Shown here: positions 46,721 to 60,290 of the stretch, piece by piece
How the letters are laid out: each line of letters opens with the position of its first letter
How positions within the stretch are numbered: position 1 is the first letter of the stretch
Assembly (NCBI GenBank): GCA_964234715.1
Contig: OZ174279.1
Origin: Podarcis melisellensis
Lineage: Eukaryota
Strand: one strand, 5' to 3'
DNA: 64,000 nucleotides
The notes under the pieces: model-generated
Database searches by the model: none
The model's input: the letters and a program-made list of their open reading frames with translations, nothing else
What the model was told of the DNA's origin: nothing
Made by a program: the position numbers and the translations under genes

Positions 46721-49432
46721 CTGTTTTTCTGGGTACGTGGGATAGGGGACCGTACCTGGGATGGGAAGAGGAGAGCCCCGTTTAAAGTGGAGGTGAGTTG
46801 GGGTGGGGCAGGGTGGGGCGGGAGGAAGTAGGTAGGTGCCGCTGCTCAGGAGGCAGTTTTATGCATTTCCTGCTCTAGTCATCTCCCCCCACTCCTCTTT
46901 TCTGTTGTTACGAGCTTTCACCTTCCTGCACCCCTGTTGCAGTAGTATGGAAGAGGGAAGGGCTCTCGTTTGGGGGCAGGTGAAATGTCTTGTTCTGCTG
47001 TTGCCCATACGCTTAAGCTTCCACGTGGTTCCCTGCCCTCATAATTGGGACCAATGTGCTCTTTCTTCTCTGGTTTCCACATATTTTGATAAACGATTGG
47101 CTCCCCTGCCCCAAATCTTGTTTCTAGATCGCGTAATAGAGTCAATTCCCAGCTGCTGGAGATGACTAAATTAATATACTTCAAGGGTGGATTCTCTTCT
47201 TTTCTTAGCCTTCCAGGGTATACCTATGGGCACAGTGAAGACTGTTAATCGGTTCGTAGGAGTTGGCTCCTATGTTTATAGCTTATACCGTCACAGTGCA
47301 TGTACGCGCTTTGTTATGTGTTCACAGGAAAGCTGAGTGATTATAGCAGCTGGGTGCACAAGAAAAGTGTATACATGCATTATAATACATATGTGTTGTC
47401 CACTTTCTTTGATGATCTATGTATGTGTTAATTCCCACAGAAGTAGCTCCATGTTGGGATTTTGTAATGTCTGAAGCAGCTCCAAGTGTGCTTGCACATG
47501 TTAATAAAATCAAACAACTTCTCAGAAGTATTGCAGTCTCCATGTGCCAGTTGTATTCATTTTAAAATATACCTGTGTTTTTATTTCTTCGGTCTATAGT
47601 TTTTTTGGGTGACACATAACCAAGTGAGGGAACCTAAAATTGAAATGGTGAACACTTGCTTAATGGCAAGGCATATGTTTTTAAAAATGACTTATAAAAT
47701 ACCTTATGCATTTCCCCATTTCATAAAGCAAACACTTTGAAGTAAAAGAGAAGCTGCAGAACTTAAAACCACAGTTGATGTGGTATTCATGATGACCCTT
47801 TTCTTTATGTATGAAAGTAGCAATAAGGGAAATAGGAAAATGCACATTGGGTTACAGCTAGGTAACTATGGCTTCCCTCCTCCAGCAAGCCATTCCCTTT
47901 CTACACACACACCATTTCTGCCCTCCTTTTCACAAACAATATTCTGTGGTTACTGAGAATTTTCTGCCCTTATTGGCGGTTTTTGTTTTTAAATTGTTTT
48001 ATATCTGCAACCCTTGGAGTTCCCTTGAATGATCTGATTCTTCTCTCATATTTCTCTGTGTTCTTGTTACTTTTCCTGGCATTCCCCACTTGATTTCACT
48101 ATTAGTAATTTCATCATGATCTTGTGCCTCCACTCGATGCAACCCTTTATATCCCATCATAAGGAGTATCTGTTCACATAATCCCAACACTGTGCTTTGA
48201 AAGTGTATTAGCATTTATTCAAAGGTAACAGATTCCATGGTTTACATTTTGTGATAGCTCTGACACAGATTAGAAGATTTCCTCATGGTTTTTATTTCTG
48301 TAACAACTTCTCATTGAAACTTTGTTTAAATAATTAACATTTGTACATATTGATGGGGAGCTGAAGTTGTAAGAGTACAGTTAACTTAAGAGACAAACTG
48401 CATTTATGCCTAAGTAGGAATTTGGACCCATACCTCTCCAGTTCAAGAGGTAACATTGCCCACCAGCTCACATTCCAATAGCAAAATTTGATTAGAGGTT
48501 TGTGTCCCAGTGTTGATGGTTAGTTTATTATAATTGAGATTGATTGGCCTGGAGAATGGTCTGAAGGTACCTGGCACACTTTTGCTGCAAGTACAAAGCA
48601 GAATTGGCTCTATCAGTAAAGAGTAGACAGACTACAGACCTGGCAAATATACTTTGTTATTTATTAGAGTCCCAAGATCTATTAACCAGAGCCAGGAGCA
48701 AAAGACATAGTTATAATTAAAGAAAAGGGTGTCTCTGAGTACATTCTGAGCCCAGGAATTGGTTTTCAGTACCATAACTAAATTAAGCTCACAACCCTTT
48801 CACAGAAAAGTGCATTCCTGGTTAGCGTTCTTCATTTCTGCAGCCTAATTTAGGTGTAAAAAGTCATCTTGTTGATATTTTTAAACAACTGGGAGTCAGG
48901 AATGCTTCCTAATTTATTGCAAATGGTCTAGAGATCTATCAGTAGATTCCAGTCTACACTCTTCCCACCCCTGCTATAATGGGTGGATTCTTGGGAATCC
49001 TTTGTAAGCTGTTCAGAGGCTCTGATGTAGAGGGACATCTTATATTATGCTTCTAAATATCATAAATAAAACTGCATATTTGTGACTGATATGTCTAACT
49101 CTTAATGGGTGACCATCCGTTTGTCTGCCGTTCTCTAGAAGTAGTTGTGGTTGGTTATGCCAACAGGGTCTAGTTTATTTTTCTGTCTCTAATTCTTCTA
49201 CTTTCTCATTTTGCTTCTGTATTTTCCCTCTGTGTATTAGTAAGATCAGTCGGTTGGGTGTTTTTGTGGTGGAGGGATCTGAAACACGTGAGCTAAAGCT
49301 GCTGGGCAGTGAATCAAGTCATTATCAGGCAGGTTTTAACCTGAGAGTTGGATCATGGCAGGACAGCAGGGGTTCTTGCATTGCAAACTTGATCTTATTG
49401 TATTCTTTTCTCCCTTTCTCTTTGTATTACAG

Positions 49433-49496
49433 AAGTAGTAGCTGCTTCACATGGGGACTTCTTAGACACTGAGCTGTACAAAAGAAGATCAAAATT
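49433..49496 (+). other. Candidate ARMH3 5' UTR exon
   Basis: Long pyrimidine tract + acag acceptor and gtaagt donor, between promoter and first coding exon. Confidence 0.5.
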
Positions 49497-51445
49497 GTAA
49501 GTGCTGAGTCTAAGGAAGGTACTTGTATCACACCTGTAATTAACTTTGGTCAGATGCTTTGCTTTCTCGGGATAAGAAGTTTGAAATTTAAAACTTCATT
49601 ACTTCAGCTGTAGGTTTCAGAATAATAAAATAATGTTACCCCCCACTGGCTGTGGAGTGTTTTTGCAGCTTAATATGAGGCAGTTGGAGTCTATATTGCT
49701 CACACACAAGTGTTTTCCTTAGTTCCAATTAGTTCTAGGTGTGCAAATGTATTCCTGGATGTGGGGTCGCAAGAGGCTTAATTTATAGGCACTGAGGCCA
49801 TTCTGACGTTATTGTGGGCTTAATTTTGTTCCCTTGTAGATCAGTTTTAAACTCTGGCAGTAGAAAGAAATGAGCTTGCCTCTGAATATCATTTGCCGGG
49901 AATGGGAGAGTGCTGTTGCAGGCATGCCTTGCCTAGGGGCTTCCCTTTGGCATCTGGTTGGCTACTGTGAGACCAGAATGGTGGACAAGATAAGCTCAGC
50001 AGAGTTCTTACGTAGCTTCAGTCATGGGATGAGACTGCAAGTTATGATGGGGAAACATTACACTGTAAAATATTATGTTTAGAACAGAAAATTCTATTTC
50101 TAGAAATATTTTAGTTTCACCATATAATTGTATGGTGCCATAGAGTATTTCCTGATTTTAATGTCATCTCTGCAAAAGTCAATGTTTAATCTCACTTCTT
50201 CTTTTTTAGTCTTTCTGCATAATATGAGATAAGGAGAAATTAATGTATCTGGCAGCAGCTGTGTATGTAGCTGCTCTGTGTCATGCCCTGTTGCTCTGTT
50301 GCCTCTTTTCTTCTCTGCCTGTTACAGCAGGCCAAAGTGGCTGGAGAAAGCAGAAGGGTGGTGATGCAGGAACACAGCAGCTGCATACTCTGACATTGCT
50401 TCAGTGGGTTTCAGTCTGTGGTGGCAGACATTACTTTGGGTCTGGCCTCTGGCTGTCAATGGTGACTAAAGAGAGAAGTCAGAGAGGTTCTCAACCAGGG
50501 CATAACAATATCCTTCTCCTGTTTGTTGGTAGCATTTAGGGCATTATTTGAAAATCAGAATCTGTCTGACTATAATTCTCCCTGCCCTGTCCTACCCTTA
50601 GTTGCTCTGGATTGGGATGCTGGAGGAATGCTATAACCAATTCCACCTATTGATCTCTCTTGCTCAGCCCCTTGGTGGACCCTCAGATGTTGAAGACTTT
50701 GGGGATGCATTTCAATCTGCTAGAATTATGATGCTGTTTTTGTTTGGAAACATGGTAATAGTTCTGTTGAAATAAACAGCTACTTTTCTAAAACTGGAGA
50801 AGAATGAAGGTCTGTACCAGTGATTTCTGTAGATCACGAGATCAAAAAAGCCCTTGAAGTTTTAGAATGAGAGGGTATTGTACTTTTTGTTAACAGCTTT
50901 CCACATGTTACTTTGGATTCTCTAATGTAGGCAGCTATGAGATAGAAGAGACAGTCTTAATTGTTGCCTCTAGCAGTTTCCCATATGCATGTGTACTCTG
51001 TCTAGTTTAGGACAGCCTGTGTCCCAGTTCTAGCCTTGTTGAAAGCGTGAACTTATCTGCATGATCGTGTTACCTTCTGTAGCTTCTTTGCTCTCACTTT
51101 ACAAAGGGATGTAGAATATTTTGCTTTCCTGGGCACCCAACACAAGAACTGAAATCTGTTACTCAACTCCTGACTAGGTGTACAAGGATGTTGTTTAACC
51201 CCATGAAATAACTTTGAACCAGAAGTATGGCTTGTTGTTTTAGTAGTGGTGACATGGAGTGATCAGCTGTATTCCAGGTAGACTACTCGGAGTATATGGA
51301 CATAAGTGTGCCCTATTGATCTTGCTCAGACTTTCTGATTTTTGTCGCAAAAATCTTTGAGTCTGACAAACAGAATGTTGTGCTACTGGTATTGCCCCCT
51401 ACAACTTTCTGGGTCGTATTCAACCAACTTGTATTCAGAGTAGAC

Positions 51446-52047
51446 CATAGCTGTCAACTTACAGATTTGAAAATAAGGGACCAGCAGCCTTGAAAATAAG
51501 GGACCAGCAGCCAAAATAAGGGACCTGCAGCCTCACCTGTTCCAGGCACTCCAGTCTTCCTGTCCTCCTGCAGTCTGGTCAAACTCATGCTGGTAGCTTC
51601 GAGAACACTGTCCAACCAACTTTGTAACCAGAGGTTCAACTGAATATAATCTGAATCACATGCACCACAAGGCCTATGCAGCCTCAACTTAAGATGGCTC
51701 CCTGGCCTGGCTTTGCACTGCAAAGTTTGCAGCAGCACGTGCAACAAAATGGCGTCCAGCATTCAAAAAACCCCTCAGCTTGCATTAACTAGCCATACAC
51801 AAGGCATGCAAGCTCCACCCCCCAGTCATTCTTAGACTTCTTATTGGGTGAGCAACACAGCCAAGCAACACAGTTGGAGCCTCCCTCCTCCCTGGCCGGC
51901 AGGGAGGGAGAGGAGCTGCTTCCTTTGAAATTTAAGGAACATCATTTAAGGAACATTTAAGGGACATCCATCAATAAGGGACAGCAGTGGGACATGGCGC
52001 TGGAATAAGGGACTGTCCCTTCAAATAAGGGACACTTGACAGCTATG
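51446..52047. mobile_element. hAT non-autonomous element, 602 bp
   Basis: TIRs catagctgtcaa / ttgacagctatg, perfect TSD gagtagac, repeated subterminal aataagggac. Confidence 0.92.
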
Positions 52048-53524
52048 GAGTAGACCCCTTGAAATTAGTGACCATGGCTAACTTAGGTCCATTAACTTCA
52101 ATGCATCTACTTGGAATAAAAGTTAATTGAATACAACACAGAAAGTTGTAAGAAGGTGATGCCAGTAGTGCATTGCACTACCTGCTAGAGACTGGCATTG
52201 TTTTCCAAAGGTAACAATGGTGAATGTTTCTGCACTTGCTCCTTTAGGCCAGACAAATGCGTGGAAGAAATGTCCTACTATATGACCTGCTTCACATGCC
52301 TGATGTTTGCAGAAAATAAATCTCTGTGTGGTAGGCTGAAGCTAATATATGTCAGTCACTGGAAATGCTCACGAAGGAGAAAGTTGTGGTATTTTCTCTC
52401 TATTGTAAACAGTTGAAATGAGGAGCTCTTTAGGCGTTGCAGATGTGCTACCATGTTTGTGCTGCTCTGTGCATTATTTATTGTGCCTAGATGGAACTGC
52501 CATATGCCCCAGCTTCTGCTTTACCTCTATAAGTCTACGTCAGCACAGATGCTAGTTGCTTTAAATCCAGTAATCCTAGTGTTAGGGTGGGGGCTGGTAG
52601 CTTACCCCAGGAAATGAGACTTTTGCAAAGTGTATGTAGGCTATGGGATTGTAGGGCAGTGTGACACTTTCTTTGTTACTTCTTGCTCACAAGAGGAAAG
52701 CAAACTTTTCAATGATGGTAGAGAATAGTTGTTGAATAGAAAATATTCCATTGGGCCAATTCCTATGTTAAACAAAGGTGTGCTTATCATTTGTACATGT
52801 TTAGAATTTCAGTCAATCCTAACTGCCCGGAGCACATATCTACATAATATATTTCTAAATGTGTATTTGTGGCTTGTGTGCACTGCATTTTTATATTAAC
52901 AGGTACAGATTTTTGTGTGTGTAAGATTGGTGTGAAGTTGTGTTTTAGGATTCCTAATTTAGCAGGACTTCTGGTACAACTATAGTGCTCAGTAGACCAA
53001 TTTCTACTTTCTTAGGTGCTAAATTTATACTTCCTGCTTGGGGTTTCCTGTTTGGGACTCTGGCTTAGCCGGATATTTGTTGGATTACTTTTGACAAGAC
53101 TTTCTCTCTAGTTCCTCACCTTTTTAAATGAATCTGTAATCTTCCATGCTCCACACTTTCCCTTTCTGTCCAGAATACTTGATGTGAAATGATTCCTGCA
53201 GCAGGTATAAGAAGAAAAGAATTGGATATAAAAAAATCATGTGCAAATCTATTTTGCATTATGCATATTTGGACAAATGTACACTTGCATTTTATTAAGC
53301 TTATTTTTTTGTACATTTTTTCTCCTATGTAGAAAAAATATGTGTGAAGCAGCCCAGAGGAAATTAAGATGGCTGTAATGTAGTTAATAGCTATAAAGTG
53401 CCTTGTAAGCTCTAAAAATGTTTTAAAGAGAGCATAACCTGGAAACGTGTGAATGCTATGGAAATTAATCTTGAGAGAGCTTCTCTGAAATGTGGCATGT
53501 CTCTCTATCCATAGATTGTAAGCC

Positions 53525-53626
53525 ATGGCGCAAGCTGAGAAGAAAGGCGGATTGCTTCGGAAATCTTCAGCTAGTAAGAAACCCTTGAAAGAGAAGGTTG
53601 TTCTAATGTATGATGAGATATTTACG
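53525..53626 (+). CDS. ARMH3: ARMH3 coding exon 1
   Basis: Acceptor at 53514/53515, gccATGg, gtaagg donor. Confidence 0.95.
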
Positions 53627-56600
53627 GTAAGGATTGGACTTTGCTCTCCTCATTGTGGCAATTTGTTCAGCTGCAGGATACATTTTACTCTGCTGAAGTA
53701 GTTCCATTGGGAAGTGTAACACAGGTTGCCCTAGAGCTGTGCCTTATTGCATTATCTCTGGTTTCGTCTCTTAGTTTAGTATTAGTAGTATCTAGTATTA
53801 AGAATGAGAAGGGGAATGCAGTGAATTCTGCCTCTGGGTATGCTTTTACTTTCCTGCTTTGAGGTGAGTATATCTGTACAGCAGGAGATTTCCTCATTTA
53901 GAATTACCTCTGCAGGCTCTACCATTGATAAACTGCGGAAGAATATATGGTGTGTCTCAGGGCCCATTTCTGCAAGCTGTTTCCTGTTTTCCTGGACCTA
54001 GAATGGTTATAATATTGCTATAAGGACATCCATATTTTGTATCCACAGTGGCCATTGTAACAGGAATTACGTTCTCTTTCAGACAGAGGATCCCAGTAAA
54101 TGCAGTCCTCGGTTTTGGGAGGAGCTCTTCCTCATGAAGGTAATATACCAAAGATCAAAAACATCCACTGTCTTCTAATCATCTCTTCATGTTTACTCAT
54201 CTGTGTAGCAATTTCCCACCTTTAGCCATGTCCTCAGTGACTCCATGAATTGGCTTTCCCCTCTTCCCTTTGTCTTGACAGGTGAACTTGGAGTACCTGG
54301 AAGGGAAGCTGGAGTCTCTAGATGGTGAAGAGCTGATGAAGATAAAGGATAATATTAACTGTTTGTTCCAGCGCTGCATCCGGGCTTTGGGAGAAGAACA
54401 TCCTATCAGAGTGGTCAATGCATTACAGGTGCTGTACTCTACATTTTGTGTCTTCAGTGGAGCTAAACCCAGGAGCAGGCAGCTAATGACAGTTGTATCA
54501 GTGTTGACGAAGGAAAGAGTCCACTTCCCATTAAGACTGACTAAGATACATGTCAGTTCAGTGTGCTAGACCAAAAATCCCCTCTGTTAGCATTTATATA
54601 ATAATAAAATGGTTTCTCTTCTTTGCCACTTTGTTGGCAGTCAGGAGAGTAATTGAGAATGAATCTATGTAAGCATATTTCAAGTTCCAAAACAGGCAAG
54701 CATACTAAAAATGCAGCCTGCATGGACATGGAAGAGAGTGAAGACTATGTAATATGAATCTGCTGTGTTATACTAAATCAAAGTAAACACCTTCCCAAAA
54801 TACAGCTGTAAGGGTCTAGGGAATATAATAATAGGCTCTTGGTGCACCGAAAGCTTTCTCACACTTCTAGTGTTTTTCTCTTTCTGACACAGACGCTGTG
54901 TGCACTGATCCGTGGAGTTCATCAGAAGAACAAATCCACATCTGGCTTTGACATCATCAACATGTTAATGGGTTTTGACAAGGCTGAACTGTGTATGAAG
55001 GTGAGGGCTAGCTAGAGTGCAGTAAAAGAAAGTGCTGCGGGTGAGGGTTAGGGAGACTGCAGTAAGAGGCAATGGTGTGCTTGTGAAAGAGACATGTTAA
55101 TCTATTGTTGATATATTGGTTACTGTGTCTCCCATAGTATTAAAGGTCCTGGCCAAGGTATGGACAGTCTCATTTCAAATATAGTTGATATCTGCATGCA
55201 ACCTCATGCGTTGCTTATATTTCTGCTAGCTTTCTTTGTCCTCTGAGTATTGGTAACGGAGAAGAAATAACGGCATATAGTGCTTTTTGCACAAATGATG
55301 TGTTGACTTTTAGACACTGTATAAATATCTATAATGAGGCTGTGATTTGCAACTAGAGGGCAAAAATAGAAATCCTTTAAAATGCTTCATAACTAAATGT
55401 ATCACAGCTGGGTTTTCTTTTGTGTGGTGGGAATTAGCTCCATAAGGAAGCAAGGCTAATTACAGTATAATAGCACCTTGCTTGAGAATTACAGCATAAT
55501 CAGATCAGAGCAAGGAAGCCCCACTCAAGATCCTTCATGCGAGCACTGGCACTTCATTCTCAGGCTACTCTGTGCAACCATCTGGGCGTACATTTTTATT
55601 TCCTTTTGTGAAATCGGCTGAGATTCTGAGGGAACAAAATTGTGTGTCACAATCCACACTGTGTGGTTTTGATTTGATGAAGCACAGTTTTAGGCAGAAC
55701 TGTTGCTTTAATTTGTTGTGGTTATCTGCCTTGGGAAATGTATATTTGGTAATATTTATGTTTTAGATGATGGGACAGAATACCTTTTAGAGAATACCTT
55801 CTAGAGATGGAAGTAATTAAACAGATTTATTTATTAAAGACATTTGTACACAAATCCCCCCATAAAAAACTCTAGGCAGCTAACAACAAAATCAAAACAT
55901 GATTTAGCAAAATCAAATATAAGTTATGAAAAGTTAAGAATTTTAAAACACCAGGACCAGCGGCATAGTAGAAATTATTCCAAAGTATCAGATGAAAACA
56001 AATACAGTAAAAGAGCAGTCTACAAACAAAGAACATTTTTTAAATGGAAAGCTTTTATTAGCTTTTGTAAGGCCATTACAGAGGGGACCAGACATAATAG
56101 TATGTATTCAAGACAGCTTCATTTAGACCAGAGATGGAGAACCTGTGGTCCTCCAGATGTTGGACTGCAACTTCCATCATCTCTTACTTTAGCCATGCTG
56201 GCTAAGGCTGATGGGCATTTGAAGTCAACCATATTCAGAGATCCAAAGGTTCCTCATTCCTGACCTAGAATTTTACTGACATAGATCCTTCCCATCAAGG
56301 ATCATGATTAAACTCTGTGGGGAAGGGCCATAGCTCAGTGGCAGAGCATCTGCCTTGCATGCAGAAGGTCCTAAATTCAATCCCTGACATATCCAGGTAG
56401 GGCTAGGAATGTTCCCTGCCTGAAGTCCTGGAGAGCCATTGCTAGTCAGTGTAGACCAGGGGTAGTCAATTGAAGGAGGATTCAGCTTGTGCCGTAGAAC
56501 CCCCTACCGCCCTCCTAGAATCCTGAAATGCCCACTAGTGGGCAGTAGGGACCAGGTTGACAACCCCTGGTGTAGACAAGACTGAGCTAGATTGGCCTAT

Positions 56601-58595
56601 AGTCTCACTCAGGCTAAAGCAGTTCGTAGTACTGTATCGGGTACAGCGTCCGTGTGGGGGCTGTGAGAAGTAATGGATATGCTGTGGTTCATAGTAACTT
56701 TCCCCCCTCTAGAATCTGATGGAGAGTCTGGATGCTCTGCTATGTGCAGAAGGCTCTGAAAGTCTCAAGAATTTGTGCCTGAAGCTATTACTCTGTTTGG
56801 TGACTGTAAGTAATAGACAATAGAGAGTCAACTATAAAAAGCATGCGTTTTCAAAACTTGGAAATTGTTATTTGTGAATTAGCAAGGAATTCTTAATTTC
56901 TAAGGCAGAGGAACTTTCAATTCCAGCTGATCAGTATTCCTGTTACAGAGATGACTGCTGTCTAAATTACAGTCTTGGATATAAGTATTGTGTTAGTACA
57001 TTTAATGTGAAGCCTCTTTTCCTGTCACAGGCAGGAATATACTCTTATGTATAGACCCTGTTTTAAGATTGTTCAGTGTATGCATCTCATGGAGGGAAGT
57101 TTGATACCCTTAATTATTTTAGGGAAGAGTTACTAATTTACAGAGAGTTTTGTATTTGTTGCTGATATTACTTGTGAGGAATTGGTTTCTTTTTTGTTGC
57201 AAGTTTGTATTGTTTTTCTTTCTTTACAAATGTCTGTCTTGTCTATCCTATCCTACAACTTTTCCCAATAGCTAATAATAAACAAGGAAAATCACCCTGA
57301 GGGCAGGGTGAGAGGTAGGCTAACCCATAATTAATGCAAGTATGTTAGCTTCTGTACCTCAAGCACATCCCTAAAGCTCTGCTAAGTAAAGTGTTAAGTT
57401 TCAAGAGTCTCTAGCCGAAGCCATATTTTCTAACAGAGATTTTCAGTTTCCCTCTATCCAGAGCTCAATGGTAGGAATGTAGCAAGAAGCATTGTGATTG
57501 GAAATACTGATTTTATTATTAGCAATATTTAGAAAGCACCCATAAGGATAGAAGATAGCCCAGAACAAAATGGTTCAGGGGAAATTATATAAGTGATAAG
57601 ATAGCATTAATATTGTACTAAGTAAAATCATTAAAGTGTATACCAAAATCAGTAACTTCACTGTAGCCCTAGTACATATGCCTAGAACCCACAAAGAATG
57701 GGCTTCATTACGCAGAATATGGGAGAGTTTTGGTAATTGAGAGCACTGCTTCTTGAAACAGGAGACAACAAAAATACTGTGGAGTGGTGGGTGCAGTTCA
57801 GTAATTTTGCAAGGGTAGTAGTAGATAAGAGCATGTTTTAAGTGTGTTGTCACTTCCAGAAACTTCTTTAAAACAACAACCACCCTTTGATTCTCAATTC
57901 AGGTGACAGATAACATCAGTCAAAACACAATTCTGGAGTATGTGATGATTAACAGCATCTTTGAAGCTATCTTACAGGTAAGTTCCACCCCCCCTAAAAA
58001 AAACACAAATCTCTGGGCAGTTAAATTTTCCATACTGCATAGCTATAAATAGTGCAGTTCCTGTGATGTTGCTTAAATGGAAACTTAAGATGAATGCCAA
58101 TGTTAATGTCTCTGTTGCTTTAGTCTTTCTGTTTTTGTTTTGGTCAGTGTATACATTTTAGAAGATTTCATTCAGATCTTTTATAAATTTGGCACTGTGA
58201 ACCTAATTCTCTAATAAGCTATGACAAGTAATTTTTTGTAGTGCGGTCAGCTTAAGTCCGTACCCAGCTATTCATTCCCTCCAAATGTGCTGATTCTCTT
58301 CAAGGTAAAATGTTCGTTTGAATTTGCTCTATACAAATGGGGATTGTCAAGGCCTTTTAAAACTTGTATAGGTTCATTTTGGAAACAGACTTTGGGTCTG
58401 TTTGCCTGTTGTTTATCTACATCTTTTCAGTTCAGGTGTCTAGAATCACTTTCTTCTTTGCAGCATAGAACTGTAGTTAATCTAAGTTACTCCTTTTCTT
58501 GATTTTAGATCCTCTCCAGTCTCCCCAGTCGCAGGGAACATGGTTATGAAGCTGTTGTCCTGCTTGCCTTATTAGTAAACTACAGAAAATATGAG
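53525..58595 (+). CDS. ARMH3: Armadillo-like helical domain-containing protein 3 (C10orf76), 5' part; gene continues past window
   Basis: Exons 53525-53626, 54083-54139, 54282-54428, 54893-55000, 56713-56805, 57903-57977, 58509-58595 (all phase 0, GT-AG) give [62 protein letters not shown]...[12 protein letters not shown] (223 aa), nearly identical to the vertebrate ARMH3 N-terminus as I recall it. Confidence 0.95.
54083..54139 (+). CDS. ARMH3: ARMH3 coding exon 2
   Basis: [19 protein letters not shown]. Confidence 0.95.
54282..54428 (+). CDS. ARMH3: ARMH3 coding exon 3
   Basis: [18 protein letters not shown]...VVNALQ. Confidence 0.95.
54893..55000 (+). CDS. ARMH3: ARMH3 coding exon 4
   Basis: [36 protein letters not shown]. 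Confidence 0.95.
56319..56628 (+). mobile_element. tRNA-derived squamate SINE (interrupted by hAT MITE)
   Basis: A-box tagctcagtggcagagc, ttgcatgcagaaggtc, degenerate B-box; related copies on - at ~22075 and ~23925. Confidence 0.8.
56457..56569. mobile_element. hAT MITE nested in a SINE
   Basis: caggggtagtcaa / ttgacaacccctg, perfect TSD gtgtagac. Confidence 0.88.
56713..56805 (+). CDS. ARMH3: ARMH3 coding exon 5
   Basis: [31 protein letters not shown]. Confidence 0.95.
57903..57977 (+). CDS. ARMH3: ARMH3 coding exon 6
   Basis: [25 protein letters not shown]. Confidence 0.95.
58509..58595 (+). CDS. ARMH3: ARMH3 coding exon 7
   Basis: [29 protein letters not shown]. Confidence 0.95.
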
Positions 58596-58654
58596 GTGAG
58601 TAATTCATGTGGAAAATGTGTACCTTACCCCAAGGACACGCATGCCCAAAGTCT

Positions 58655-60290
58655 GAATGAATTTTTTTATTTTGGTCACAGACCAGTTCCAGCCCACATA
58701 CAATATCAAGGAAGTCATAAAACACAATAGGAATACATTTGAATTTGCAATTAGGTATAACAGGGACAATACAGATATAGCAACAGTTTAAAAATATATA
58801 AATTAAAACTTAGTTATTAACATATAACCTAAAATTATCATTTAAGGCCTTAATCATTATGATAGCACAGCTTGTTCCCTAAGTTTTATGGCAATTGCAC
58901 AGAATTTGGCTACCCTTAATGTGATCTCAGGATCCTTGTCCTCTACCAGGGATTTTAGCCATTGAAGTTCGGAATCATTTGGAGATTTTTGCATAGCAGG
59001 GGTAATAAATACCGAGCATATGTCCCCGTAGAAACGGCAGCGTAACAAGGCAGGAGAGACAGTTTCTACCTCCATCAAGCCGCAGGGGAAGACTCGTTCC
59101 GCGTATGGTTTACCCTTGAATCTGTCTTGCGATAAGGCAGATGGCAGCACGTTGAATCTTGCGAGGGTAAATGACTGTCTGTATTTAGGCGTTTGTAATT
59201 TTGACAAATAATTTGCTGGGGTAAATCCTCTCCCATTATCTTTTATTGCTGGGTGTTTATTCATCTCGCTCACGTGGCATTGCAGTTCCACATCCCAAAT
59301 TCATTGCCGGATTATTACTTTAGCTTTCTCATAACCTACAGCTATCAGGGCCTGTGGGGAAAACCCCAAGCCTCTTAGCTTTTCATGCAGTGTAGCTTTC
59401 CATTTGGATTGGTAGGAATCCAGTAGGGTTAAGGGTGCCAACCCAACAGGGAAAAAGATAAGTTTTAACCAATAATGGATCTTCAGATTCCATATCTGAG
59501 TGCCAACAGGGATTTGCCCGACCTCCAGGTGGACAGCTATGTTAGACACACAAGAAGGGATCCCTAGCAGGCAGTGATAGAACTTAGTTTGGAATGATTC
59601 TAAGGGTGCAAGGTTTAAGAAGCTGCAGATCTGAGAGCCATATGTCAATTGTGTTAATATTTTTGCAGCAAAGACCTGGGAGGCTGCCGGAATATATTGG
59701 CCCCCTTTTCCATAGAAAAACGTTATAATAGCTTTGGTAGATCTTTGGGCATTTACAATAGTATTTTTAACCTGATAATGCCACGGGCCCTTTTCCTGGA
59801 AGGTTAAACCCAGGTATTTAAAAGATGATACCTGCTCAATAGGTTGATTGTCAATTCTCTATTTGTGTCTCATTCTTTTTTTAGAGAACACCATAACTTT
59901 CAATTTGCTATAGTTCATTGTTAATTGTGAGAGATTTTAGAAGTTTTCTTAGGCCTACACAGGAGAAGGAAATTAGAACTGCATCATCCACATATAAGAG
60001 AACTGGGAGGGGTGTACCAGCCAATTTAGGGGGGTGGGCATTTTCTTTCTCCGTGTTACCTATTAAGGAGTTAATATAGAAGTTGAATAAAGTAGGCGCA
60101 AGGACACAGCCTTGTTTAACACCACGGTAGGTTTGGATTTCCTTGGATAAATGGCCCTGTCAGTCACACCTAACTCGGACCCGAGTGTTTCCATATAAAC
60201 TGCAGATGAGACACAGTAGATGTCTGTCTATGTTTGAGGTGCTTAGTTTTTCCCAAAGCCTATCTCGTGATATTAAATCCGGCCCGATGG
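58655..60290 (-). mobile_element. Decayed non-LTR retrotransposon (LINE, RTE-X-like) ORF2 3' part
   Basis: On -: GVKQGCVLAPTLFNFYIN (~60070-60125), LLYVDDA (~59980-60000), KYLG, C-terminal FTLARFNVLPS...PCG..EVET...LLRC..Y Cys motif; frameshifts and stops; aataaa-type 3' end near 58665. Confidence 0.85.

Noticed and set aside
56325-56395. tRNA gene
   Set aside because: tRNA-like head of a SINE: degraded B-box, no proper acceptor stem, followed by SINE body
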